From an uncultured Phocaeicola sp. (GTDB lineage Bacteria > Bacteroidota > Bacteroidia > Bacteroidales > Bacteroidaceae): a stretch of DNA of 64,000 bases. The position numbers and the translations under genes were made by a program. The stretch spans positions 588-64,587 of the forward strand of contig CAPAOL010000015.1 in NCBI GenBank assembly GCA_948579315.1, read 5' to 3'. Below the pieces are notes generated by a model. That model was given only the letters and a program-made list of their open reading frames with translations, searched no databases and was not told the DNA's origin. Shown one piece after another: positions 50,970 through 60,094 of this stretch (the stretch's first letter is position 1; the number at the start of each line of letters is the position of its first letter).

Positions 50970-53303
50970 TTATTTCATGTTGTCGGGAGGCAGGCTGAGG
51001 GCGGATGCTCCCCAGCTTGTATTAGGGTTCGGGCCCATCTGGAACTCTAATGTTCCTCCCTGTACTATATCTTGGTGTGTAAAGTAATTCTTGTCATATT
51101 CTTTTCCGTTTAGTTTTGCTGACTGGATATATATATTTTTTTTGTTGGCGTTGTGGGCTAATATGGTGAATGTCTTTCCGTTTTCCAAGCGGATACTCAT
51201 CCGGGGAAAAGAAGGACTTCCTATTATATAATAAGGTGTACCGGGACATACCGGATAGAATCCCATAGCAGAAAATACATACCAGGCAGACATCTGTCCT
51301 GCATCATCATTACCTGACAGACCACCGGGAGCATTCAGATATTCTGTTTCCATAATATGACGTACCTCCCGTTGGGTTTTCCAAGGTTGTCCGGCATAGT
51401 TGAAGAGGTAGGCTATCTGATGACAAGGTTCGTTGCCGTGCCAGTAGCGGTGTTCGCTGAACATGGAATCCAGTTTGGCAATGTATTTTTCTTTTCCGCC
51501 CATACATTCCATAAGTCCGTATATATCATGGGGGGCATACCAAGTATAATGGCAGGGAGCTCCTTCGGTGATGAAGCGGGTGAAAGAAAAGGCGTTACCG
51601 GCATCGGTGAGGAAACTTCCGTCAGCGTATCTGCCTTGGGCATATCCGGTGCTAGGGTTTATTACGTTACGGTAATATCGTGCACGTATCATTAATGTAT
51701 CATAAAGTCCTGTTTTTTGTGGATCAGGAAAGTAATCATCTGATGTTTCCAACTTTTGCAGGACTTGGGCCAATACGAAATCATCGTATGCATATTCTAA
51801 AGTACGTGACACTTGTTCGCAGGTATGAAAGGCTTCCGGTACGCTGTCTTCCAAAGGAATGTATCCATATTTTAGATAAGAATTCAAAGCACGCCGTCCC
51901 ATTCCGTTTTTATATTCTTCATAGGTGGCGGGAGTCCTGAATGCGTTCCGGAGCATTCCTTCGCAAGCTTTGTTGATATCAAAATTACGGATTCCTTTGA
52001 TATAGGCATCTCCCAGTGCGGAGATGCAATGATCGCCTATCATGGCTGCGGTATAACTGTTCCAACAAGGAAATATAGGCAGCCAGCCGCCTTGTTCATA
52101 TTTGTCCACCAATGATTGCATCATGTCTCCGGCTTTCTTTGGGGTTAGGATATTGACTAAAGGATGGAGAGCACGGTAAGTATCCCACATACTGTAATCT
52201 TCATAGTAATTTCTACCGTTGGCTGATTGTCTGAACGGGTGTCCTGTGGAAAAAGAAGGATAGCGCCCGTCTACATCATTGAATGTACGTGGCAGGAATG
52301 AGGCACGGTAGAGTGCTCCGTAAAATTTCTCTTTATCGTTTCGGTTGTTTGTCTGTACTGTAACTTGTGAAAGTCTTTGTTCCCAGATGGAGTTCAGTTC
52401 CTGTCGGGTGCGGTCAAAATCCCAATGAGGTATCTCGGTGTCCAGATTCTTTTGAGCGCCTTCCATGTCAGTAAAAGAGGAAGCGGCTTTAATTAATATG
52501 GGTCTTTCTGAGTGCATTTTGAACCGGAGATATGCACCTATACCTGTTCCATCGGCTATCTGTCGTTGTCCGGCGAAGAGACTGTCATGCCGGAATGTAC
52601 CATATTCTTCTATTTCATTTTGATATTCAATGATAAAGTACCCGTTGTATCCGGCGGGTTCTCCCCAGCCTTGATAGATGCGGTGGACGGGATTGTATCC
52701 GCGTATCTGTTTTTTTATGGTATCGATTTCAATATATCCTTTCCCTTCATCACTGTTAGGATTGACTATGAGATAAGCATCTTCCGGTTGGTTATAAGTG
52801 AATCGAAAAATGGCTGAACGGGAACGTCCGGTCATTTCTGCAAAGATGGAATAATCTTTGAGAAGGACAGAGTAATAGGCGGGCGTTGCTGTTTCTTCTT
52901 GGTGAGAGAACAGGCTTCCTCTGTCTTGGGGAAGATATTTCAGTGTACCCGATACAGGCATCAAGGTCATGGAACCGTAATCCTGTGTACAACCTCCGAC
53001 AATCCAATGTGAATTGCGGAAACCTTGTATTTTCGTATCTTTGTAATAATAGGGAGCCTTACATTTTGCTTCTGTATCTTGTGTTTGGGGAGTCCAAAAG
53101 TTCATTCCGTTGGGCTCTAGAACAGCAGGCAGCGTTTGCCCGTACTCTTCGGTATTTTTGCCGAAAAGTTCTGCGGTGTGGGTTGCGCTTGGTGCAGTGC
53201 CCGTACGGGTATCTACGTAGAACAGTAGGGATTCTTCCTGATGGCCGATACAAGCAGTAAACAGGCTGCATATAATCAACAGGTAAGATAGGGTACTTTT
53301 CAT
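50970..53303 (-). CDS. GH92 alpha-mannosidase
   Basis: GMNFWTPQT, SMWDTYRA, SRTLEYAYDD, ITEG, HGNEPCH, GNDDAGQMSAW. Confidence 0.94.
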   Translation of the reverse strand: MKSTLSYLLIICSLFTACIGHQEESLLFYVDTRTGTAPSATHTAELFGKNTEEYGQTLPAVLEPNGMNFWTPQTQDTEAKCKAPYYYKDTKIQGFRNSHWIVGGCTQDYGSMTLMPVSGTLKYLPQDRGSLFSHQEETATPAYYSVLLKDYSIFAEMTGRSRSAIFRFTYNQPEDAYLIVNPNSDEGKGYIEIDTIKKQIRGYNPVHRIYQGWGEPAGYNGYFIIEYQNEIEEYGTFRHDSLFAGQRQIADGTGIGAYLRFKMHSERPILIKAASSFTDMEGAQKNLDTEIPHWDFDRTRQELNSIWEQRLSQVTVQTNNRNDKEKFYGALYRASFLPRTFNDVDGRYPSFSTGHPFRQSANGRNYYEDYSMWDTYRALHPLVNILTPKKAGDMMQSLVDKYEQGGWLPIFPCWNSYTAAMIGDHCISALGDAYIKGIRNFDINKACEGMLRNAFRTPATYEEYKNGMGRRALNSYLKYGYIPLEDSVPEAFHTCEQVSRTLEYAYDDFVLAQVLQKLETSDDYFPDPQKTGLYDTLMIRARYYRNVINPSTGYAQGRYADGSFLTDAGNAFSFTRFITEGAPCHYTWYAPHDIYGLMECMGGKEKYIAKLDSMFSEHRYWHGNEPCHQIAYLFNYAGQPWKTQREVRHIMETEYLNAPGGLSGNDDAGQMSAWYVFSAMGFYPVCPGTPYYIIGSPSFPRMSIRLENGKTFTILAHNANKKNIYIQSAKLNGKEYDKNYFTHQDIVQGGTLEFQMGPNPNTSWGASALSLPPDNMK

Positions 53304-53322
53304 AGCTCTTCTTGGAAAAGGG

Positions 53323-54135
53323 TTATTTTTTTATCTCCTGATGGAGTATTTTTATAAAGAGTTCCGGCCGGTCCAGATTGACTAAATCGGGATGGACTTC
53401 AATCGCTTTTTTATATTCTTTTTCACTCGCATTCTGAATAGCAGCCATTATCTTGATATGATTGCTTTTGCAGAATTCTTTGAATTGAGGAGTGATATTG
53501 AGGATATCTGTTTCTACATAGGTCGGGGTGCATATTTTCATCCATTTCTTCAAAGCCGCTATATTGGAGGCATTTACTTTAATCTTCATTTCCGGAGCGA
53601 TTTTGATAAATTCTTTCAGCATTTCTGAGTCTGCAAACCAGAAGAAACTTTTATTTTCATATCCTTTTTGGCGTACTAATGTAATCAAATCTTTTATCGG
53701 AGTTCCTCGTTTTACATCAAAAAAAATGTGTGCCTTTCCTTGTAGGGTATCTAGCATTTCGGCTATACGGGGTACGTGAATGCCGGTAAATCGAGAACTG
53801 AACCAACTGCCGGCGTCTAATTTTTCAATATCTTTGGATAGCATATCTTGAATGGGACCTTTACCGTTGGTAGTACGGTCTAAAGTTTCATCATGCAGAT
53901 TATAAAGTATATTGTCTTTACTTTTGCGCACGTCCACTTCTATCCAGCCGGCTCCATGTTTCAATGCAGCTAGAGCTGATGGAATGGTGTTTTCCGGCGC
54001 TATATGGTTCGCTCCTCTGTGTACTACGATTTCGATAGAGTCCTGGTACATCATTTTATGGGCATGTATAGGAAATGGGAATAATACCAAGATGGATGTC
54101 GCGATATGAAGTAATAAGATTTGATGACGTTTCAT
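53323..54135 (-). CDS. Glycerophosphodiester phosphodiesterase (GDPD) family protein
   Basis: HRGA..PENT, IEVDV, HDETLDRTT; N-terminal signal. Confidence 0.92.
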   Translation of the reverse strand: MKRHQILLLHIATSILVLFPFPIHAHKMMYQDSIEIVVHRGANHIAPENTIPSALAALKHGAGWIEVDVRKSKDNILYNLHDETLDRTTNGKGPIQDMLSKDIEKLDAGSWFSSRFTGIHVPRIAEMLDTLQGKAHIFFDVKRGTPIKDLITLVRQKGYENKSFFWFADSEMLKEFIKIAPEMKIKVNASNIAALKKWMKICTPTYVETDILNITPQFKEFCKSNHIKIMAAIQNASEKEYKKAIEVHPDLVNLDRPELFIKILHQEIKK

Positions 54136-54155
54136 GAATTATTTTTTGCTTTAAA

Positions 54156-54197
54156 GGTTTTTATAAGAGCTTGCCGTAACAAGCCCTTATAAAAACT
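54156..54197 (-). terminator. Hairpin between susD and GDPD
   Basis: GTTTTTATAAG.GCTTG..CAAGC.CTTATAAAAAC. Confidence 0.55.
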
Positions 54198-54205
54198 TAT
54201 TTAAT

Positions 54206-55861
54206 TTACCAATAACCGTAATTTTGCTTCCAGTTGGTGTTTGAATTCATCAAGCCGACAGATACAGGGAAGATTCTACGCCATTTCTCGGTCTTGGCTT
54301 CCGGATGATATTGATTTTTATATCCCCAGTCGTCTTCGAACTTTCCAAAACGGATTAGGTCATTGCGACGCCATGTTTCTGCGTAAAATTCACGTGCACG
54401 CTCTTCAAGCAACTCGTCCAATGAAGGAGAATGCTCCAATAATGGAGCGTTACAGTAGCTGCGTATTTGGTTGAACAGGGATTGTGGCGTATCACCGTTC
54501 GTAGCTGTTGCTCCCCGTAGAATAGCTTCTGCTTTCATCAGCAGAATATCTGCATAACGGAAGATAGGTACATCATTGCTTTGATTCCGGTTATAGAGGT
54601 TATAATCGTCTGCTTGAATAGCCCATTTGATGCATCGGTATCCCTGGCACCATGCGTTCAAGTCATTTCCAAGATCCATTTGGTCATTCAAGATGGTGAT
54701 ATTCTTGGTGAGGACAACTTGTTGTCCGTTGTATATATAAGGTTCTGTTCCCATTGTATGTGTGCTGATGTCATAATAGTTGATCGCACCTTTCATGATG
54801 ATGTCATTGCGTTCATCTCCTTCCAGGCAAAAACGGTCTGCTGCTTCAGGAGTGACGATGAAAACGCCTCCAGCATTTTTGGATAGTGTTATACCGAACA
54901 GTCCTTTGCCGTCCGCGCCGTCATTGTTGAATTTAGGCCAGAATTGAAAACGGGCGTAAGTATTGGCTCTGGTTGATGTTTCATTATTTTGGTATGGCAT
55001 TGCATAGATGAAATCTTTGATCTGATAGCCGTTGTCCGGCATGAATTTCTTGCGATAACCATCACTGAGGTTGAAATGACCAGAGGCGATGATATCATCG
55101 CAATATTTTATGACATCATTCAATTTGGAATTAGTCATGCTTGGATCATAAGTAGCTACATCATCACAGGTATAAACAGCCCAGTTTATATAGAGTTTGG
55201 CAAGGAGAGCCTCAGCCATCCATTTGGTTGGCTTGCCATAAGTGGAAGCATCAACATCTTCTTTTAAACCGCCGGAAGCCAAAGCACGAAGCAGGTCGCT
55301 TTCGATAAATTTTGTAATTTCGGAACGGGGAGAACGGTCGATAGCTTCAGAATCGCCGATCAAATGGTCTAATTTGGGAGTTGCTCCGAATGTATCCATA
55401 AAAATAAAATGATAGAAAGCACGCATGGCAAGTGCCGGAGCAATCAAGGCTTCTTGTTCGGCATTGTTTTCATCCTCTCCACCCAGGTCAAAAATTGCTT
55501 GATTGCACTTTGTGATTGCAGCCGGAATATCACCGGCCCAGTCCACGTGTGCGTCTCCTGGAAGGCTGGCATGAAGAGAGGAATGGATATAATTGCCGCC
55601 ATCATACCAGTTACCACCAAATGTCACTGCCATGAATTCATCAGAGGACAGCAGGGCAGCTTCCATATAACGACGTCCTAATGCTCCGCCGAATCCATAA
55701 TACAAACCTGCCATTTTCGCTTCTTTGGCAATTTCGGAATCCGGGTATTCTGTATAAGTAGATTTAAGATCCACATCTAGATCTGTGCAGGAGGAGAAGG
55801 TGAACAGACCACCTACTAGCCAGGTTATTAATTTTATGCTATTTTTCATATCAGTTTTCAA
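54206..55861 (-). CDS. susD: SusD-family lipoprotein
   Basis: Lipobox FSSC, FRYADILLMKAEA, ERAREFYAE..RRNDLIRFG, QNYGY. Confidence 0.95.
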   Translation of the reverse strand: MKTDMKNSIKLITWLVGGLFTFSSCTDLDVDLKSTYTEYPDSEIAKEAKMAGLYYGFGGALGRRYMEAALLSSDEFMAVTFGGNWYDGGNYIHSSLHASLPGDAHVDWAGDIPAAITKCNQAIFDLGGEDENNAEQEALIAPALAMRAFYHFIFMDTFGATPKLDHLIGDSEAIDRSPRSEITKFIESDLLRALASGGLKEDVDASTYGKPTKWMAEALLAKLYINWAVYTCDDVATYDPSMTNSKLNDVIKYCDDIIASGHFNLSDGYRKKFMPDNGYQIKDFIYAMPYQNNETSTRANTYARFQFWPKFNNDGADGKGLFGITLSKNAGGVFIVTPEAADRFCLEGDERNDIIMKGAINYYDISTHTMGTEPYIYNGQQVVLTKNITILNDQMDLGNDLNAWCQGYRCIKWAIQADDYNLYNRNQSNDVPIFRYADILLMKAEAILRGATATNGDTPQSLFNQIRSYCNAPLLEHSPSLDELLEERAREFYAETWRRNDLIRFGKFEDDWGYKNQYHPEAKTEKWRRIFPVSVGLMNSNTNWKQNYGYW

Positions 55862-55869
55862 TTATATGG

Positions 55870-58800
55870 TTAGAAATTCATGTTTACACCGATCATAAAT
55901 GAACGGGTACGCGGATAGTAATTGGTGCGTCTGTCCATACCCGGTTCCAAGCCTCCAAGGTTGATTTCCGGATCACGACCGGAGTAACCGGTAATGGTGA
56001 ATACATTATTACAAGTAGCGTATAGCTTGAGCGAGTTTATCCAGTTACCAATTTTGCCGAAAGTATATCCCAATGAAACCGAGGACAGACGGAAATAACT
56101 ACCGTTCTCTATCCAGCGATTGGATGGTGCTTGAGATTGTGTGTCTGTAGCACGGTGTTCGGTAGCTACGCTTTTTAATACATTGCGGCCTTCTTTCACA
56201 AAAGAAACATTAGAGTATTGTTCTGCAGTGGCGTTGTAGATATCTTGTCCAAGAACACCAGTAAAGAATAAATCGAGATTCCAGTTCTTGTATTGGAAGT
56301 TATTGCTCCAGCCTAAATTTAAATCAGGTTGTGCACAGCCGGTAATAGTACGGTCTCTATCAGTTTCAGGATCTGTGGTCGTTTCGCCTGTACGCTCACC
56401 CGTTTCAGGATCGTGTACATAAAAGATGGATACTCCTTGGTTATTGTAGCCGGCCCATTCGTAGGTGTAGAAGGTGCCGATAGGATGTCCTTCCATGATG
56501 CGCTGTACGTCTGCATTTGAAGAATAACCTGCGATTTCAGGATCGGCTGCACGGATATAATCTACGGAATATTCACTGTTGGATATACTTTCTACGTTAT
56601 TTTTATTATGAGATAAGTTCAAACTGGTTTGCCAAGAGAAATTTTTTGTTTGTATAGGAGTGGCATTAATGGTAAATTCAATACCTTTATTGCTGATATC
56701 TCCCACATTGGCCGGCATGGTTCCGAAAGGATAGCGGTTTGTGGAAACCTCGTAAGTGTATATCAGGTCGCTGGTACGCTTGTCATAGTATTCGATGGTT
56801 CCTCCTAATCTGCCTCCAAAGAAGCTGAAGTCCAGCCCGATGTTCAACATGGCTGTACGTTCCCATTTTAGGTCTGGATTGGCATTTGAGGCGGCTGCCA
56901 GGGTATGGTAACTATTCTGTGTGCCATTGGCGTTTGTATAGTTGAACCAACCTGAAGTACTGTAAGTCTGGATAGCCGAATAAGCTCCGAATCCGAGTGA
57001 GTTACCACTAACACCATAACCAACACGGAACTTCAAGTCATCGAAAACATTTAAATCTTTGATGAACTTTTCTTCGCTCATACGCCATGCCAACGATGCA
57101 GATGGAAAAGTTCCCCAACGGTTGTTCTTTCCAAAAGCAGAGGAGCCGTCACGGCGAATTGTTGCTTGAAGCAGGTATTTGCTGTTGAAGGAGTAGTTGA
57201 TACGTCCATAAAATGAGATCATACGTAAAGTTTCCAAATGACCGTTATTATTGCTGGTGATACCGCCATTCTGCCAATCCATTTTATTGGCAAGGTTCAG
57301 ATTATAAAAGGTGGTGTTATCATTGTAAAAGTCGTAGACATCCAGACCGAAACTGTCATTGTCATCATTCTGTTCCCATGAATAACCGGCCATCAGGCCC
57401 AGTTTGTGGATATTGGCGAATGTATGATCATAGTTTATGTATGTTTCAAGAATTTTTTTCTTGTTTTCTGTTGCAATACGTTTAGCTTCGCCATTTCGGG
57501 TGTTATATTGGGATTTGCTGGTATGGTATTCGTTCCATATATATTGTTCGTCTTGATAGGAAAGACTTAAGTTCCATTTCAAGTCCTTAGTGATATCTAA
57601 AGTACCTTTGGCTGTTCCTTGAAGGAGTTTCTTGTTATTTTCAAAAGTATCTTCATTGATCATGGATACAGGATTGAAGTTTTGGGAGATAGTTTTGTCG
57701 CTATACCAAGAACCGTCTGCATTGGTGACAGGAACTAGTGGAGAATAATAATTCATGGCATCGAATACGGATTGGCCATCTTTGGCGGAATCAACGGTAG
57801 TACCTTTTGATTGTGCGGCATTCACGTTAAAGGCTAAGGTGAGCCGATCATTCAGTGCTTTGGTTTGCAAGAATGCGCGGCCGCCGAAACGCTCGAAATC
57901 TGTACCACGTACGATACCTTGTTTGTTTTGATAACTCATGCTGGCACTGTATTGAGTCTTTTCTGAACCGCCATTGATAGAAACGTTGTGGTTATGACTG
58001 ATTGCTGTGCGCAGTACTTCATCGTTCCAATTGGTGTTTGCTCCTTTGTCATTCGGAAGAGTGATGTTATTTTCCTTGGCATAGGTGCGGAGTTCGTCGG
58101 CAGTCATCATATCTAAACGCTTGGCAATGTTGTCAAATGCAAGATATGCGCTGTAGTTTACAGAAGTGTGCTCACTTTTACTACCTTTTTTGGTGGTAAT
58201 CAAGATTACACCGTTAGCAGCCTTGGAGCCATAAATAGCCGTTGCAGAAGCGTCACGAAGTACGTCAATGCTTTCAATATCTTCGGGAGCAATCAGACTT
58301 AATGACATACCGGGAATACCGTCAATAACATAATAAGGTTCCATTGCCGCACCGGTACGCAGAGAAGAAGCCCCACGTAAAGAGATAGAAGCTGTACCAG
58401 AAGTCGGGTCGCTGCTTTGTACTACCGTCAAACCAGGGACTTTACCTTGCAACAACTGTCCAGGGTCAGAATAAACTCCTACATTCAGTTTGTCTGCTTT
58501 CACAGTGGTAATGGAGCTGGTTACATCCTTACGACTCATACTGCCATAACCTACTACCACAACTTCATCTAATGTTTTAGAATCTTCTTCCATAATAATC
58601 TTCAAAGAAGATCCTTTTACTGTAATTTCCTGGGTAGTGTAACCCACGTAAGAGAATACGAGTGTCTTTCCTTGTGCTACATTCAGTGTAAACTGTCCGT
58701 TAAAGTCAGTGATAACACCGTTGGTAGTACCTTTTTCGACTACATTCACTCCGATAAGGGGTTCTCCGGTCTTGTCTGTGACAATACCGTTAACTTGATT

Positions 58801-58893
58801 TTGAGCAAATGCCAGTGTACTGTTTAATAGGAGTAATGCAAAGACTACTATCTGTGCAAATGTCCTTTGGGTTAGAGATTGTACGTTTAGCAT
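55870..58893 (-). CDS. susC: SusC-family TonB-dependent transporter
   Basis: LRDASATAIYGSKAANGVILITTK, NPDLKWE, YPRTRSF..F. Confidence 0.96.
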   Translation of the reverse strand: MLNVQSLTQRTFAQIVVFALLLLNSTLAFAQNQVNGIVTDKTGEPLIGVNVVEKGTTNGVITDFNGQFTLNVAQGKTLVFSYVGYTTQEITVKGSSLKIIMEEDSKTLDEVVVVGYGSMSRKDVTSSITTVKADKLNVGVYSDPGQLLQGKVPGLTVVQSSDPTSGTASISLRGASSLRTGAAMEPYYVIDGIPGMSLSLIAPEDIESIDVLRDASATAIYGSKAANGVILITTKKGSKSEHTSVNYSAYLAFDNIAKRLDMMTADELRTYAKENNITLPNDKGANTNWNDEVLRTAISHNHNVSINGGSEKTQYSASMSYQNKQGIVRGTDFERFGGRAFLQTKALNDRLTLAFNVNAAQSKGTTVDSAKDGQSVFDAMNYYSPLVPVTNADGSWYSDKTISQNFNPVSMINEDTFENNKKLLQGTAKGTLDITKDLKWNLSLSYQDEQYIWNEYHTSKSQYNTRNGEAKRIATENKKKILETYINYDHTFANIHKLGLMAGYSWEQNDDNDSFGLDVYDFYNDNTTFYNLNLANKMDWQNGGITSNNNGHLETLRMISFYGRINYSFNSKYLLQATIRRDGSSAFGKNNRWGTFPSASLAWRMSEEKFIKDLNVFDDLKFRVGYGVSGNSLGFGAYSAIQTYSTSGWFNYTNANGTQNSYHTLAAASNANPDLKWERTAMLNIGLDFSFFGGRLGGTIEYYDKRTSDLIYTYEVSTNRYPFGTMPANVGDISNKGIEFTINATPIQTKNFSWQTSLNLSHNKNNVESISNSEYSVDYIRAADPEIAGYSSNADVQRIMEGHPIGTFYTYEWAGYNNQGVSIFYVHDPETGERTGETTTDPETDRDRTITGCAQPDLNLGWSNNFQYKNWNLDLFFTGVLGQDIYNATAEQYSNVSFVKEGRNVLKSVATEHRATDTQSQAPSNRWIENGSYFRLSSVSLGYTFGKIGNWINSLKLYATCNNVFTITGYSGRDPEINLGGLEPGMDRRTNYYPRTRSFMIGVNMNF

Positions 58894-58968
58894 AGAATTT
58901 AATTTTGGTTTTGATTAATATGTTCTTGTTTAATACTGCATAGTTCTCTATATATTATGAATTGGTTG

Positions 58969-60087
58969 TTACAGTTTGATGTATATTTTCTTAAGATATA
59001 GCGGATAACCGATACACCCCAAAAACAGAGTGAAAACGAGGGCGTAGACAGCTGAGGCAAGGTAGGCGTCGGTTATTCCTGAATGAATGGCTGCATAGGC
59101 TGCCGCCTTCCATCTGGTACTTCCCATCATAATGGCAAGTACTTCGCTCAGTACATAGAGGAATAGGGGGTTGACGCCGAAGATGATGAAGAAGCGGCAC
59201 CATTTTTGTTTATTCCTTATGTCTATATAATACATTAATGTGGCAAGTGACATGGAAGCCGCTCCGCAGGTCACCAGAACAAAAGTAGGAGACCATATTC
59301 TTTTATTTAAAGGCAGCGCATCTGCCAACAAATAGCCGATACTCATCAGAATGAATCCGGTCAAGAACAAACGGAGCACTTTGTTTTCTGTCTGATGGCT
59401 TTGTATTATCCATTTTCCACATGAAAAACCGATACAAGTGTGGGCGATAGCAGAGAGAGTGCTTACAAATCCTTCCGGATCAATCGGGCTCTTCTGATAG
59501 AGATGTGCTTCGCCGAAAAGTTGCCTGTCAATGATGGATAAAATATTGCTTTCATCGCAGGTATAACCGTTCCCCATGCATAATATGACAGTGTAGCTTA
59601 CCAGTAAGATAAAGGTTAATGTGGGGATGAACTTATGATTCATAAATAGGGCTGTAAAAGAAATAACACAGTAACATAAAGCAATGCGTTGTAGTACCCC
59701 GGGGATGCGCAGATGGACAAAAGGCAGGAAGTCACCTTCACATACATGGTCAAACCAACCGATTGCCCATCCGATGCATAGAATAAGAAATGTGCGTTTC
59801 AATATTTTGGTTACCACTTGTAGGGAAACGTTGAAATTGAATTTGTTCAATGAAATATATGTTGAAATACCCATGATGAACAGAAAGAAAGGAAAAACCA
59901 AGTCACAAGGTGTCAGTCCGTTCCATGCAGAATGTTGTAAAGGTGCATACGACACTTTGCCTCCTGCATTGTTAACCAGAATCATTCCTGCTACAGTGAT
60001 GCCCCTGAGTGCATCGAGTGACAAAAGCCTCTTTTTAATGGGCAGTGCCTGCTGTGCGGTTTCTGTATCGAGTTCTTTCTTTTTCAT
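58969..60087 (-). CDS. HGSNAT/NagX-like transmembrane acetyl-CoA:alpha-glucosaminide N-acetyltransferase
   Basis: RLLSLDALRG, HSAWNGLTPCDLVFPFF, RIPGVLQRI, DPEG, LNKRIWS, G.NPLFLY; multi-TM. Confidence 0.88.
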   Translation of the reverse strand: MKKKELDTETAQQALPIKKRLLSLDALRGITVAGMILVNNAGGKVSYAPLQHSAWNGLTPCDLVFPFFLFIMGISTYISLNKFNFNVSLQVVTKILKRTFLILCIGWAIGWFDHVCEGDFLPFVHLRIPGVLQRIALCYCVISFTALFMNHKFIPTLTFILLVSYTVILCMGNGYTCDESNILSIIDRQLFGEAHLYQKSPIDPEGFVSTLSAIAHTCIGFSCGKWIIQSHQTENKVLRLFLTGFILMSIGYLLADALPLNKRIWSPTFVLVTCGAASMSLATLMYYIDIRNKQKWCRFFIIFGVNPLFLYVLSEVLAIMMGSTRWKAAAYAAIHSGITDAYLASAVYALVFTLFLGCIGYPLYLKKIYIKL

Positions 60088-60094
60088 CTTACTA

